Below are positions 8,442 through 19,808 of a stretch of DNA of 32,000 nt, one piece after another; the stretch's first letter is position 1; each line of letters begins with the position of its first letter. Source of the stretch: Candidatus Saccharimonadota bacterium (GTDB taxonomy: Bacteria; Pseudomonadota; Gammaproteobacteria; Enterobacterales; Enterobacteriaceae); contig NZ_CP046226.1 in the NCBI RefSeq assembly GCF_012562765.1, forward strand, positions 30,001 through 62,000, read 5' to 3'. A model generated the notes under the pieces. It had not been told where the DNA came from and ran no database searches. It saw nothing but the letters and a program-made list of their open reading frames with translations. The translations under genes and the position numbers were made by a program.

Positions 8442-9266
8442 TTAATTATTTTCACGTAAAAGGTTATTAATTTCAATTTTACTTAAAGTTTTAAAATCTA
8501 CTTTTTTTACTATTACAGCACAATATAAACTATATTTACCATCTTTAGATGGTAAGTTACCAGAAACTATAACCGAACCACTAGGAACTTTACCAAAATA
8601 AATTAATCCTGTTTCTCTATCATATATTTTAGTACTTTGACCAATATATACTCCCATAGAAATAACTGAACCACTTTCAACAATAACTCCTTCAACTATT
8701 TCTGATCGAGCTCCAATAAAACAATTATCTTCTATAATTGTTGGATTAGATTGAATAGGTTCTAAAACTCCTCCTATACCAACTCCTCCAGATATGTGAA
8801 CATTTTTTCCAATTTGAGCACATGATCCAATAGTTGACCAAGTATCTATCATAGTTCCTTTACCTATAAAAGATCCTATATTTATAAAAGAAGGCATTAA
8901 AATAACATTTTTAGATAAAAATGATCCATATCTTACAGTAGTAGGAGGTATAATACGACAATTTAGTTTATTAAAATCATCTTTATTAATATTATAAAAT
9001 TTTGAAGGAATTTTATCATAATAACAATTATAATTGTCTTTTATAAAGAAATTATTACTAATTTTAAAATATAATAAAATAGCTTTTTTTATCCATTGAT
9101 GTGTTATCCATTTATTATCTACTTTTTCTGATACTCTTAATTTTCCTTTATCTAACATATCAATAACATTATTAACTGATTGTATTAATTCTTTATTTTG
9201 TAATAATTTTTCATGATTTTTTTGTTTGGAGAAATAATATTCTATTATATCTTTAAATTTTGTCAT
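8442..9266 (-). CDS. dapD: Tetrahydrodipicolinate N-succinyltransferase (lysine/DAP pathway)
   Basis: 274 aa, the same length as E. coli DapD. The hexapeptide block [51 protein letters not shown] and the tail [17 protein letters not shown] are near-identical to the E. coli protein. Confidence 0.96.
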   Translation of the reverse strand: MTKFKDIIEYYFSKQKNHEKLLQNKELIQSVNNVIDMLDKGKLRVSEKVDNKWITHQWIKKAILLYFKISNNFFIKDNYNCYYDKIPSKFYNINKDDFNKLNCRIIPPTTVRYGSFLSKNVILMPSFINIGSFIGKGTMIDTWSTIGSCAQIGKNVHISGGVGIGGVLEPIQSNPTIIEDNCFIGARSEIVEGVIVESGSVISMGVYIGQSTKIYDRETGLIYFGKVPSGSVIVSGNLPSKDGKYSLYCAVIVKKVDFKTLSKIEINNLLRENN

Positions 9267-9355
9267 ATGAATTTAACTATTAAATCTATTTAATTTAATT
9301 TACAAAGATATCATTTATTATATAAATAAACAATTTATTACATATAATACTAAAA

Positions 9356-11368
9356 TTAATTTTTATTAATTAATTCTAATAATTGTTGTTCGTTTATAAT
9401 TATTATATTTAATTTTTTTGCTTTAAATATTTTAGATCCAGGATTTTTTCCTACAATAATAATATCTATATTTTTAGAAATATGATTATAAATCATAGCT
9501 CCTAAATTTATTAATTTTTCTATTACTTTTAATCTATTTATTGAAATTAATTTTCCTGTTAATACTATTTTTTTTTTATAAAAAAAATTACTAATAATAA
9601 TATTATTATTCCAATTAATACCAATTTCATTCACTAATTTATTAATTATATATAATTTTTTTTTATCATTAATAAATTTATATAAATTATATGCAATTTT
9701 TTTTCCTATACCAGATATAGAATAAAAATCTTTTAAATCAGCATTTAAAAAATTACTTAAATTTTGAAAATGTTTATTTAAATTATTTGCAGTAACTAAA
9801 CCTACTTCACTAATTCCTAAAGAATATAAAAATCTAGTAAAAGTTGTTTTTTTTGATATTTCTATTGCATTTAATATTTTTAAAATAGATTTATTTCCTA
9901 AATGAGGAATTTTATTTAAAGTATTTATATTTAAATTAAATAAATCTATAGGATTTTTAACTAAATTAATATCAACTAATTTATTAATAAGTTGATTACC
10001 TATATAATTAATATTCATTGCATTACGTGATATAAAATGTTTTAAATATCCTTTTAGTTGAGATTTACAATTTAGATCAGATGGACAATATAATGTTTTT
10101 TTATTATAATTTTTTATTTTAAGAATAGATTTACAATCTGGACATATTTTAGGAAAAATAATATTAGTTGTAATATTATTTTTTCTTTCTTTTTTTATAA
10201 TATTAATTATTTTTGGTATAACATCACCACAACGTTGTACTACAATCACATCTCCTATTTTTAAATTTAATTTTTTAATTTCATTAATATTATATAAACT
10301 AGCATTACTAATATTAACTCCATCTATTTTAATAGTTTTAAATTTTCCTACAGGAGTAATTACTCCTGTTCGTCCTATTTGAAAAATAATATTTTTTAAA
10401 ATTGTTATTTTTTCTTGTGGAGGAAATTTATATGCAATAGCCCATTTAGGAGCATGTGATGTACAACCTAATATTTTTTGTATTTTAATATTATCTATTT
10501 TAATAACAATACCATCAATATTATATAAAAAATTATTTCTTTCTCGTTTTATTTTTTCATAAAAAAAAGAAATTTCTTTTAAAGAAGTACAAATTGTTGT
10601 ATGTTTAGAAATTGGTAAACCATAATTTTTAAGTTGTTTTAATATTTTTATATGACTAGATATTTTTTTTTTACTTTGTATAAAACCTATACCATAACTA
10701 AAAAAATTTAACAAATTATAATTAATATTATTATTAATATTTTTTAATCGTAAAAAACTTAAAACTGCACTACGAGTATTAGCAAATTGTTTATTAAAAA
10801 TATTATTTTGATTTAATATATTTAAATTTACTTTCTTCATAAATATTTCTCCTCTAACTTCTAGTATAGAAGGAAAATTATTTCCTTGTAATTTATGAGG
10901 AATATCATTAATATATAATATATTATTAGTTATGTTTTCTCCTATTATTCCATTTCCTCTAGTAGAGGCTTGTATTAATTGACCATTATTATATAATAAA
11001 CTTGTTGCTATTCCATCAAATTTTAATTCACAACAAAAATAATTTTTCGTTTTATTTAACAAATTTTTTATAGGATTTAAAAATTTTAAAAATAAATCTT
11101 TTTCATTAAAAACATTATTTAATGATAACATAGGAATTATATGATTTATTTTTTTTATATTTAATAATGTAATACCTCCTACAGATTTAGTTGGAGAATT
11201 ATTTGTTATTAAATGAGGAAATAAATTTTCTAAATGTTTTAATTTATATAATAATTCATCAAATTTATAATCAGGTATTTCTGGATGATTTAATACATGA
11301 TATCTATGATTATGATAATGTATTTCATTACGTAATTCTTCAATTTCTTTTTTTAATGATTTTTTCAT
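9356..11368 (-). CDS. ligA: NAD-dependent DNA ligase
   Basis: 670 aa. It has the adenylation motif CELKFDGIA (KxDG), Zn-finger cysteines (CPDC...CPSDLNC), an HhH region and a C-terminal BRCT-like KKIVLTGKL. Confidence 0.94.
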   Translation of the reverse strand: MKKSLKKEIEELRNEIHYHNHRYHVLNHPEIPDYKFDELLYKLKHLENLFPHLITNNSPTKSVGGITLLNIKKINHIIPMLSLNNVFNEKDLFLKFLNPIKNLLNKTKNYFCCELKFDGIATSLLYNNGQLIQASTRGNGIIGENITNNILYINDIPHKLQGNNFPSILEVRGEIFMKKVNLNILNQNNIFNKQFANTRSAVLSFLRLKNINNNINYNLLNFFSYGIGFIQSKKKISSHIKILKQLKNYGLPISKHTTICTSLKEISFFYEKIKRERNNFLYNIDGIVIKIDNIKIQKILGCTSHAPKWAIAYKFPPQEKITILKNIIFQIGRTGVITPVGKFKTIKIDGVNISNASLYNINEIKKLNLKIGDVIVVQRCGDVIPKIINIIKKERKNNITTNIIFPKICPDCKSILKIKNYNKKTLYCPSDLNCKSQLKGYLKHFISRNAMNINYIGNQLINKLVDINLVKNPIDLFNLNINTLNKIPHLGNKSILKILNAIEISKKTTFTRFLYSLGISEVGLVTANNLNKHFQNLSNFLNADLKDFYSISGIGKKIAYNLYKFINDKKKLYIINKLVNEIGINWNNNIIISNFFYKKKIVLTGKLISINRLKVIEKLINLGAMIYNHISKNIDIIIVGKNPGSKIFKAKKLNIIIINEQQLLELINKN

Positions 11369-11388
11369 AAAATTATTTATAAAAAATA

Positions 11389-12816
11389 TTATTTAGTTTT
11401 TTTTTTCCATATAGTTTTAGATTGTGAATCTTCTAGAAGAATATTTTTTTTATATAATAGATTTCGAATATAATCTGCTTTTATCCAACATTTTTTTTTA
11501 CGAGCATCATTTCGTATTTTAATTAATTTTTCAATTTGATATTTATCAAAATAACATGAATTTTTATTTTCTTTAAAATAATTTTTAGGATTATAAAAAA
11601 GAATTCCTAAAATATTTCCTAAATCTTTTAATTTTAATATTAAATTATTAGCATATAAAAATTTTTTTTGATTATTTAAAATGTTAATTTGATATGACAT
11701 ATTAAATAATATACTATAAACTTTTGGTGTATTAAAATCATCATTCATTGCTTCATAAAATTTTTTTTCAAAAAAAATATTTTGTTTATCTTTTTTATAA
11801 TTGTGATTATTCATACCAATATTAAGTAAAATATCATTTATATGATATATTGATGTATATAATCTTTTTATAGAAGCTTCAGATTGTTTTAAAATATTTT
11901 CATTATAAATTATAGGACTCCTATAATGTGTAGAAGTAAAAAAATATCGAATAACTTCATCATTATATTTAGATAAAATATCTCTTAATTTTAAAGAATT
12001 ATTTAATGATTTAGACATTTTTTTATTATTTATCATAACCATTCCACTATGAATCCAATAATTAACATAAAATGATTTATCTAAACAAGATGATTGAGCT
12101 ATTTCATTTTCATGATGAGGAAAAATTAAATCATTACCACCACCATGTATATCAAAACAATTACCAAAATATTTACGACTCATAGCTGAACATTCTATGT
12201 GCCATCCAGGTCTTCCATAACCCCATGGAGATAACCATCCAATTTTTTTATTTTCAGATTTCTTCCATAAAACAAAATCTATATAATTTTTTTTAATAGA
12301 AAAATATATTTTTTTATTTTGTATTTTTAATTTATTTAAATTTTGTCGAGATAATTGACCATAATGTAAGTAACTTTTAATAGAAAACATCACATCTCCA
12401 TTTTTAGCAATATATGCATTATTATTATTAATTAAATTTTTAATTATTAAAATAATTTCATTAATATGCTTAGTTACCCTAGGTTCTATATCAGGATTTA
12501 AAAGATTAAGATTTCTAAAATCTAATTTCATTTCAGAAATCATCTTATTCGTAAGATATTTAATATTTATATTTTTTTTATTTGCTAAATTTATTATTTT
12601 ATCATCAATATCAGTAATATTTCTTATATATTGTACTTTATATCCTAAATTTTTTAAATATCTAATAATTAAATCAAAAATTATAAAAGTCCTTCCGTGT
12701 CCAATATGACATAAATCATATGTTGTTACTCCACAAACATAAATTTTAACTTCATTTTTATGAATTGGTTTAAATATTTCTTTTTGTTTACTTAAAGTAT
12801 TAAAAATTTTTAACAT
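11389..12816 (-). CDS. cysS: Cysteine--tRNA ligase
   Basis: It carries the HIGH motif (CHIGHGRT) and the KMSKS motif (KMSKSLNN). The ORF track begins at GTG 12828, but MLKIFNTL from ATG 12816 matches the E. coli CysS N-terminus exactly, so I prefer 12816. Confidence 0.93.
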   Translation of the reverse strand: MLKIFNTLSKQKEIFKPIHKNEVKIYVCGVTTYDLCHIGHGRTFIIFDLIIRYLKNLGYKVQYIRNITDIDDKIINLANKKNINIKYLTNKMISEMKLDFRNLNLLNPDIEPRVTKHINEIILIIKNLINNNNAYIAKNGDVMFSIKSYLHYGQLSRQNLNKLKIQNKKIYFSIKKNYIDFVLWKKSENKKIGWLSPWGYGRPGWHIECSAMSRKYFGNCFDIHGGGNDLIFPHHENEIAQSSCLDKSFYVNYWIHSGMVMINNKKMSKSLNNSLKLRDILSKYNDEVIRYFFTSTHYRSPIIYNENILKQSEASIKRLYTSIYHINDILLNIGMNNHNYKKDKQNIFFEKKFYEAMNDDFNTPKVYSILFNMSYQINILNNQKKFLYANNLILKLKDLGNILGILFYNPKNYFKENKNSCYFDKYQIEKLIKIRNDARKKKCWIKADYIRNLLYKKNILLEDSQSKTIWKKKTK

Positions 12817-12903
12817 TGATAATTTCACTATAGTTTTATAAAAATTAATTTAAATTAATAATTAGCTTGTATAAATTAATTATTATAACTAATTAATTTA
12901 TAA

Positions 12904-14316
12904 TTAATCAATATTAGAATTACTATAATAATTTGAATAATTATCAAATCGAGCTATTTTATTATTAAATGTTAATCTTATAGTACCAATTGGACCGTTA
13001 CGTTGTTTTCCTATAATTATTTCTGCAATACCTTGTAAATTACTATGTTCATTATATACTTCATCTCTATAAATAAACATAATTAAATCAGCATCTTGTT
13101 CAATAGACCCAGATTCTCTTAAATCAGAATTCATTGGACGTTTATCAGATCTCTGTTCTAAAGATCTATTTAATTGAGATAATGCTAATACAGGTACATG
13201 CAATTCTTTTGCTAATGCTTTTAATGAACGTGAAATTTCAGCAATTTCTAATGTTCTATTAAAAGATAATGAAGGAACTCTCATTAATTGTAAATAATCA
13301 ACCATAATTAAACTTAATCCATTATGTTCTCTAAATATTCTACGAGATCTTAATCTTACTTCAGTAGGAGTAAGTTCAGAAGAATCATCAATATATATAT
13401 TTTTTTTCTTTAATAAAAGAGCCATTGTATTTGAAATTTTTTCCCAATCATTATCATTTAATTGTCCTGTACGAATACGTGTTTGATCAACTCTAGAAAG
13501 AGAAGCTAACATACGCATCATAATTTGTTCACATGGCATTTCTAAACTAAATATAAGTACAGGTTTATCTTGTGATATAGCTGCATTTTCACAAATATTC
13601 ATGGCAAAAGTTGTTTTACCCATTGAAGGTCTAGCAGCAATAATAATTAAATCAGATTTTTGTAATCCGGCTGTTTTTTTATTTAATGCATGATAACCTG
13701 TATCTATTCCAGTAACACCATGTTTAGTTGATTTATAAAAAGATTCAATTTTAGAAATTGTTACTTCTAAAATTTCATCTACACCTTTAGGTTTAGTATC
13801 TTTATTTATACGTTTTTCTGCTATTTGAAAAATACGAGATTCAGCTAAATTTATTAATTCTTCACTTTTTCTTCCATTAGGATAATATCCAGCTTCAGCA
13901 ATTTCATTTGCAGCTAATATCATTTCTCTAATAACAGCTCTTTCTCTTACAATATCAATATATGCATAAATATTAGATACACTAGGAATATTTTTAGATA
14001 ATTCAGCTAAATATGCAAAACCGCCTACATCATCTAATTTACTTTTATTTTCTAAAGATTCTGATAAAGTAATTAAATCAATTGGTTTTCCAGTATCTGT
14101 TAACAATTGCATCTCAGTAAAAATAATTCTATGAGCAAATGTAAAAAAATCTTGTACTATAATTTTTTCTATAACATTTTCCCAACGATTATTATCTAAC
14201 ATTAACCCTCCTAATATCGATTGTTCTGCTTCTAATGAATGAGGAGGTAATTTAATTCCTTCTATATCAAAATCTTTTCTGAATTTAGATTTTTTTATTA
14301 TATTATTTACTATCAT
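12904..14316 (-). CDS. dnaB: Replicative DNA helicase DnaB
   Basis: 470 aa. It contains PPHSLEAEQSILGGLMLDN, Walker A ARPSMGKTTFAMN, LEIAEISRSLKALAKEL and IIGKQRNGPIGT. It is very highly conserved. Confidence 0.97.
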   Translation of the reverse strand: MIVNNIIKKSKFRKDFDIEGIKLPPHSLEAEQSILGGLMLDNNRWENVIEKIIVQDFFTFAHRIIFTEMQLLTDTGKPIDLITLSESLENKSKLDDVGGFAYLAELSKNIPSVSNIYAYIDIVRERAVIREMILAANEIAEAGYYPNGRKSEELINLAESRIFQIAEKRINKDTKPKGVDEILEVTISKIESFYKSTKHGVTGIDTGYHALNKKTAGLQKSDLIIIAARPSMGKTTFAMNICENAAISQDKPVLIFSLEMPCEQIMMRMLASLSRVDQTRIRTGQLNDNDWEKISNTMALLLKKKNIYIDDSSELTPTEVRLRSRRIFREHNGLSLIMVDYLQLMRVPSLSFNRTLEIAEISRSLKALAKELHVPVLALSQLNRSLEQRSDKRPMNSDLRESGSIEQDADLIMFIYRDEVYNEHSNLQGIAEIIIGKQRNGPIGTIRLTFNNKIARFDNYSNYYSNSNID

Positions 14317-14392
14317 AAATTAACATTTATAAGGTATGAATATTGATATAACATTAATTATATAAAATTATATTTTAATAATTATTATAATT

Positions 14393-15367
14393 TTATATAT
14401 CTTTTATATAAGATAATGCTTTATTTAATACTTGAATACTACTATTATTTAAATAATTATTTTTATTATTAATATATTTTTTAAAATTTACAGAACCATT
14501 TAATCCATTAAAAAAATTTAACATAGAAAAAATAATTTTTTTCAAATTTATACCTTTTTTTAATTCTTGTTCTATATAAGAATACATAGATTTTATAATT
14601 GTTATAGGAGACTGTAAAATATATTTTTGATAAAAAATTTTTTTATCAATTTTCATTAAAAATTTAGGATCATTAAAAATTTTTCTACCCATCATAACTC
14701 CATCTACATATTTTAAATGATTCATTACTTCTTCAAAATTTTTAATTTCTCCATTTATAGATATTTTAATATTTGAGAATTCTTTTTTAATTGCATATAC
14801 AACTTTATAATTTAAATTAAAATTATTAAGATCATATTTAGTATTTTTTTTATTAAAAAATATTGCTTTACGAGCATGAATAATAAACATACTACAACCA
14901 CTAACAGATAATTTATCTATAAATTTATATAAAAAAGAATAACTATCATCATCATTTATACCAATACGAGTTTTTATTGTAACTGGTATTGAAACACTAT
15001 CACTCATTGATTTAATACAATCAGAAAGAATATTGTATTGATTCATTAAACATGCACCAAAATTACCTTTTTGAGCTTTAATAGAAGGACACCCTACATT
15101 TAAATTAATTTCTTTATATCCTAATTTTTCTGCTTGTTTTGCACAAAAAGATAATGTTTTAGGATTATTACCTGCTAATTGTAATGCAATATTTTTTCCA
15201 TAATTATTTAATAAAATTGATTTATTATTAATAATAGCATTAGAATGTATCATTTCAGTATATAAAAGAGCATGTTTAGTTAATTTTCTATAAAAATAAC
15301 GACAATATTTATCAGTTTTTTTAAACATAGGAGCAACTGAAAATTTATAATAAGGAATTTTATTCAT
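14393..15367 (-). CDS. dusA: tRNA-dihydrouridine synthase A
   Basis: 324 aa. FSVAPM, INLNVGCP (catalytic Cys), PVTIKTRIG and IIHARKA are co-linear with E. coli DusA. It neighbours dnaB as in E. coli, minus pspG and qorA. Confidence 0.9.
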   Translation of the reverse strand: MNKIPYYKFSVAPMFKKTDKYCRYFYRKLTKHALLYTEMIHSNAIINNKSILLNNYGKNIALQLAGNNPKTLSFCAKQAEKLGYKEINLNVGCPSIKAQKGNFGACLMNQYNILSDCIKSMSDSVSIPVTIKTRIGINDDDSYSFLYKFIDKLSVSGCSMFIIHARKAIFFNKKNTKYDLNNFNLNYKVVYAIKKEFSNIKISINGEIKNFEEVMNHLKYVDGVMMGRKIFNDPKFLMKIDKKIFYQKYILQSPITIIKSMYSYIEQELKKGINLKKIIFSMLNFFNGLNGSVNFKKYINNKNNYLNNSSIQVLNKALSYIKDI

Positions 15368-15387
15368 TTTATTAAATATTAGTTATA

Positions 15388-16764
15388 TTAATTTATATAA
15401 TTATTAATATAAGGGTTTTTATTTTCTTTAAATTTTAAAAAAATAGGAATACCAAAAAAATTTAATTTTTTATATAAAAAATTTGATAAATAACGTTTAT
15501 AATTATTTCCTAATTTTTTTACTTGATTTCCATGAATAATTAAAGTTAATGGATTATATTTACCTACATGTATATATTTTAGTTTTATACGATGATTATT
15601 TATCATAGGTGGAGGAAAATCATTAATTGCTGAATACATAATTTTCATTAATTTTGAAGTGTTAATTTTATGATTAGTTAAATTATATATTTTATATAAT
15701 AATTTAAATAATTTTTTTAAACCTACACCATATTTAGCTGATATAAATATCATAGGAATAAATGGAAATTTTATTTTAATTATTTCTTTTATTTGTTTTA
15801 TTTTTTTTAACTGAATTATATCATATTTATTAATTACTATTATAATAGGTTTTCCTTTATTAATAATATAATTTATTATAGACATATCTTGATGAGAAAA
15901 TATATCTTTAGATCCATCAATAATAAATAAAATTATATTAGATTTTTTTATAGATAAAAAAGAATTTTTAATCATATTTTTTTCTATATTTTGAATCTTA
16001 TTTTTTTTTTTAATTCCTGCAGTATCAATAATAATTAAATTATTAAAATATTTTTTTGTTATTTCATTCATATTTTTTATTGGAATAGAAATACAATCTC
16101 TAGTTGTTCCTGCAATATTATTTACAACCATTCTATCTTCTTTAAGAATTTTATTAATTAAAGTAGATTTACCAGCATTAGGAGTACCTATAACTACTAA
16201 TTTTACACTAATATTTTTGATAGAATTATTATATTTAAATTTTTTAATTTTAATTAAATTTTTTACTCGAAAAATACTTTTTATATAAGGTAATATTAAT
16301 AATAATAATTTATTAATATGTTGTATATCAATAATATTAATATTATATATTTTATAACCTAAAGAATAAAATTCTTTTTCACAATCATTGTTATTCCTAT
16401 TTAAAATAATTATAATTTTTTTTTTATATGGTCTTATTTTATCTATAATTTCATAATCTATATTTGTCAAATATAATCCTTTAATTATAAATAATATTAA
16501 ATCTGATTCCTGAATAGCTTTAAAAGTTTGTTGATTTACAGAATTATTTAGTTCTATTTTTTTTTTAACACTATCAATTATACTACCCGTATCAATACAA
16601 ATAAAATGATATTGATTTATTTTAACATATCCATAATTTCTATCTCTTGTAAATCCAGGAATATTATTAACTAATGCTTTATTAGTTTTAGTTAATAAAT
16701 TATATAATGTAGATTTTCCTGAATTTGGAGAACCTACTATAGTAACTATAGGATAATTAAACAT
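15388..16764 (-). CDS. der: Ribosome-biogenesis GTPase Der (EngA)
   Basis: 458 aa. It has two tandem GTPase domains (GSPNSGKST...DTGS and GTPNAGKST...DTAG...NKYD) plus a C-terminal KH-like domain. The der-bamB-hisS synteny supports the call. Confidence 0.93.
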   Translation of the reverse strand: MFNYPIVTIVGSPNSGKSTLYNLLTKTNKALVNNIPGFTRDRNYGYVKINQYHFICIDTGSIIDSVKKKIELNNSVNQQTFKAIQESDLILFIIKGLYLTNIDYEIIDKIRPYKKKIIIILNRNNNDCEKEFYSLGYKIYNINIIDIQHINKLLLLILPYIKSIFRVKNLIKIKKFKYNNSIKNISVKLVVIGTPNAGKSTLINKILKEDRMVVNNIAGTTRDCISIPIKNMNEITKKYFNNLIIIDTAGIKKKNKIQNIEKNMIKNSFLSIKKSNIILFIIDGSKDIFSHQDMSIINYIINKGKPIIIVINKYDIIQLKKIKQIKEIIKIKFPFIPMIFISAKYGVGLKKLFKLLYKIYNLTNHKINTSKLMKIMYSAINDFPPPMINNHRIKLKYIHVGKYNPLTLIIHGNQVKKLGNNYKRYLSNFLYKKLNFFGIPIFLKFKENKNPYINNYIN

Positions 16765-16797
16765 TATTTTAATCTCATATATATTAAAATTAATAAT

Positions 16798-18015
16798 TTA
16801 TAATTTAAATGCATAAATATTACCATTATAAGTTTGTAATATTAATTTATTATTTACTAATAATGATGATTGTATTTTATCATTAAAATTTTTAATTAAT
16901 ATATTACCAATAATATTACCATTATAAGAATTTAACCAATAAATTTTACCACATTTTTCTACAATAATAATATTATTTTTATAATAAATTGGAGTTGTAG
17001 TTTCTTTATTTATAAATTTATTTTGTGACCAAATAATATCACCTTTATTAGTATCTAAAGATAAAAGTTTATTTTTTATATTAAAAAGATAAATTTTATT
17101 TTTATTAATAATAAAATCACTAGATATTTGATATGATTTTTTCCAAAAAATATCACCATTAGAAAGATCTAATGCATAAAAATCACCATTATATGAACCT
17201 ACATAAATTATTCCATTTGAAATTATTGGTTGTGCATCAATATCATTAAAATTTAATAAATGTAATAAATTAGGAATTTTTGTTAAATCTTTTTGCCAAA
17301 CTAAAGAACCATTATTTGATATACGAGAACTGATAATACCATTATCACTACCTGTAATAACATTATCAAAAAATATTGTTGGTTTTGATGTTCCTCTAAA
17401 TGAATATGATTCTAAAGGACCTAAATTTACTGTCCATAAAATATGACCATTATTTTTATTTAAACCTTGTAAAATATTATTATTATTATGTACAATTAAA
17501 ATATTTTTTGAAATTACTGGATCAGATAATACTTCACTAAAAACAAATGTTTCCCATATTTTATTACCATTTTTAATATTTAAAGCAATAATTTTACCTT
17601 TTTCACTTCCTAAATATAAAGAATTATTTGATATAATAGGACCACTAGATAATTCTTCTGGTAAACAATATGAAAACATACAAAAATTTTTCTTAGCAAG
17701 ATTAATATCCCATATTACATTTCCATTATTAATATTAATACATTTTACTATACCATCTTTGTGAGCAATATATAACAGATTATTTTTATATGCTACATGT
17801 AATTTAGAAAAATTATTATTTGATTTTTTAATAACTTTACTAAACCATATTAGTTGAGGATTTAATTCATTTTTATTTAAAATTTTTAAAGTAGTTTTAT
17901 ATTTTTTAAGTAGTTTATTATGATTTGAACTATAATAACTATTATAGTTTGAACATCCAGTAAACATAAAAGAACAAAAAATAAAAAAAATTAATATTAA
18001 TTTTTGTAATTTCAT
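16798..18015 (-). CDS. bamB: Outer-membrane protein assembly lipoprotein BamB (YfgL)
   Basis: 405 aa. It has a signal peptide with the lipobox MFTGC|S and repeated beta-propeller-like blades (G.I.ALN..NG...W). The SD agagga lies upstream, and the position between der and hisS matches E. coli. Confidence 0.85.
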   Translation of the reverse strand: MKLQKLILIFFIFCSFMFTGCSNYNSYYSSNHNKLLKKYKTTLKILNKNELNPQLIWFSKVIKKSNNNFSKLHVAYKNNLLYIAHKDGIVKCININNGNVIWDINLAKKNFCMFSYCLPEELSSGPIISNNSLYLGSEKGKIIALNIKNGNKIWETFVFSEVLSDPVISKNILIVHNNNNILQGLNKNNGHILWTVNLGPLESYSFRGTSKPTIFFDNVITGSDNGIISSRISNNGSLVWQKDLTKIPNLLHLLNFNDIDAQPIISNGIIYVGSYNGDFYALDLSNGDIFWKKSYQISSDFIINKNKIYLFNIKNKLLSLDTNKGDIIWSQNKFINKETTTPIYYKNNIIIVEKCGKIYWLNSYNGNIIGNILIKNFNDKIQSSLLVNNKLILQTYNGNIYAFKL

Positions 18016-18169
18016 TTTTTCCTCTTTAATTATATTAAAAATTTATTTTTTTAAATAAAGTTATTTTATAAAAAAATATTTTTACAAAATTATTTAATTT
18101 TATATTAATTTATAAATATATAGATTTTAAATATTTGAAATTATTAAAAATAAAATTTAATAAATAAAA

Positions 18170-19462
18170 TTATGTTTTAAAATTTAAAATTTTTACTAAT
18201 TCAGTTATTAATTCTTTTTCAAAGAAAGTATTTTGTTTATTTAATAATAAATCTTTTATTGTTAATTGTTTATTATTTATTTCTTTTTCTCCTATAATTA
18301 AAAGAAAATGAACTTTTTGTTTTATTGCTTGAACAATTTGTTTTTTTAAATTACTAAAATTATAACTAATAACTATTTTTAATAAAGGAAATTTTTTTCT
18401 AATTATTTCACTAATAAAAAGAGCCTTATATAAGGCTAAATTATCATTCATAGGTACAAGATAAATATCTATTAAATAATCATCTTTTAATTTTATTCTA
18501 TTAATATTTTTTATTAATAAAATTAAACGTTCTATTCCAATAGCACATCCAATACCACTAATGTTAGTTTTATTACTTAATTTTTTAACTAGTTTATCAT
18601 ATCTACCACCTCCACAAATAGTTTTATGAGATCCTATTTTATTAGTAATCCATTCAAATACAATATCATTATAATAATCTAATCCTCTAACTAAACGGTA
18701 ATTTATAGAAAAATTAATTTTTAATAATTTTATTATATCACATAATTTATTTAATTTAACTATACAGTCTTTACTAAGAAAATTTTTTAATTGAGGAGCT
18801 TTATTTAATAATTCTTGCATATTAGGATTTTTACTATCTAATATCCTTAAAGGATTTTTATACATTCTTCTTTTACAATCATCATCTAATAAATGAAAAT
18901 TTTTTTCTAAAAATAAAATAAGTTTTTTAATATATTGTTTTCTATCTTTAGTAGATCCAATAGAATTAATTTCTAAAAAAACATCATCTATAATATTTAA
19001 CTCTTTCCAAAAATGAGATGTAATTATAATTATCTCAGAATCTATATAAGGTGATTCTAATCCTAATGTTTCGATACCAATTTGATTAAATTGTCTATAT
19101 CTTCCTTTCTGTGGTCTTTCATAACGAAACATTGGTCCATTGTACCATAATCTATTATTTAAAGAAGAAAAAAAATTATGTTCAACTATTGCTCTAATAC
19201 AACCAGCTGTTCCTTCTGGTCTTAAAGTAAGACTTTCTCCATTTCTATCATTTAAATTATACATTTCTTTTTCTACAATATCTGTAATTTCACCTATTGC
19301 TTTTTTAAATAAAATACTTTTTTCTAAAATAGGAATCTTAATTTCTTTATAACCATAATTTTTTAATATTCTTTTAATAGTATTTTCAATATATTCCCAT
19401 AATAAAGTATCTGGAAAAAAATAATCATGCATACCATGAACTGCAGTAATATTTTTAATCAT
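18170..19462 (-). CDS. hisS: Histidine--tRNA ligase
   Basis: It contains MHDYFFP, LRPEGTAG, WYNGPMFRYERPQKGRYRQFNQIG and GGGRYD. The track start (TTG 19510) adds 16 unsupported residues. ATG 19462 gives MIKNITAVHGMHDYF, which matches the E. coli N-terminus and has the SD aagagg 10 nt upstream. Confidence 0.94.
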   Translation of the reverse strand: MIKNITAVHGMHDYFFPDTLLWEYIENTIKRILKNYGYKEIKIPILEKSILFKKAIGEITDIVEKEMYNLNDRNGESLTLRPEGTAGCIRAIVEHNFFSSLNNRLWYNGPMFRYERPQKGRYRQFNQIGIETLGLESPYIDSEIIIITSHFWKELNIIDDVFLEINSIGSTKDRKQYIKKLILFLEKNFHLLDDDCKRRMYKNPLRILDSKNPNMQELLNKAPQLKNFLSKDCIVKLNKLCDIIKLLKINFSINYRLVRGLDYYNDIVFEWITNKIGSHKTICGGGRYDKLVKKLSNKTNISGIGCAIGIERLILLIKNINRIKLKDDYLIDIYLVPMNDNLALYKALFISEIIRKKFPLLKIVISYNFSNLKKQIVQAIKQKVHFLLIIGEKEINNKQLTIKDLLLNKQNTFFEKELITELVKILNFKT

Positions 19463-19808
19463 ATATAAATACCTCTTTAATTTAATTAATAATTTTAAAA
19501 ATTTAACCAAAATTGATTTGTTATTTGAACTATGTTATATATTATTGATCAGATTTTATTTTTTATATATTTTAAATATATCATTAATATATAAATTATT
19601 TTATTGATAAATAGTATAATAATATTATTTATAATTATAAAATTAATAATTTTATTAAAATGAATAATTTTATTAATACTTAAAAAATATATCTAATTTT
19701 ACTTAATTTATCTTTAATAAAAAATATTTATTTATAATAAAAATTAATTTTATTATTTCAATATAATTAAAAATTATTTATAAATTAATAAAAGGTTATA
19801 ATATTTTA

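Noticed and set aside
19140-19352. 70-aa ORF antisense to hisS
   Set aside because: It is a shadow ORF within a conserved, locally GC-richer part of hisS.
19463-19510. 16-codon N-terminal extension of hisS from TTG 19510 in the ORF track; similar extensions occur for cysS (GTG 12828), leuB (TTG 26280) and possibly ribD (GTG 24312)
   Set aside because: The downstream ATG codons reproduce the E. coli N-termini. For hisS, the ATG is also preceded by a good SD (aagagg). The extensions are lysine- and leucine-rich filler with no homology.
19463-19808. The strand-switch spacer (minus-strand run to the left, plus-strand genes to the right) considered as a replication origin
   Set aside because: There are no DnaA-box-like TTATCCACA/TTWTNCACA motifs and only a single GATC (about 19547-19550). 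Gene orientation switches again at 22261, and none of the classic origin-flanking genes is present.
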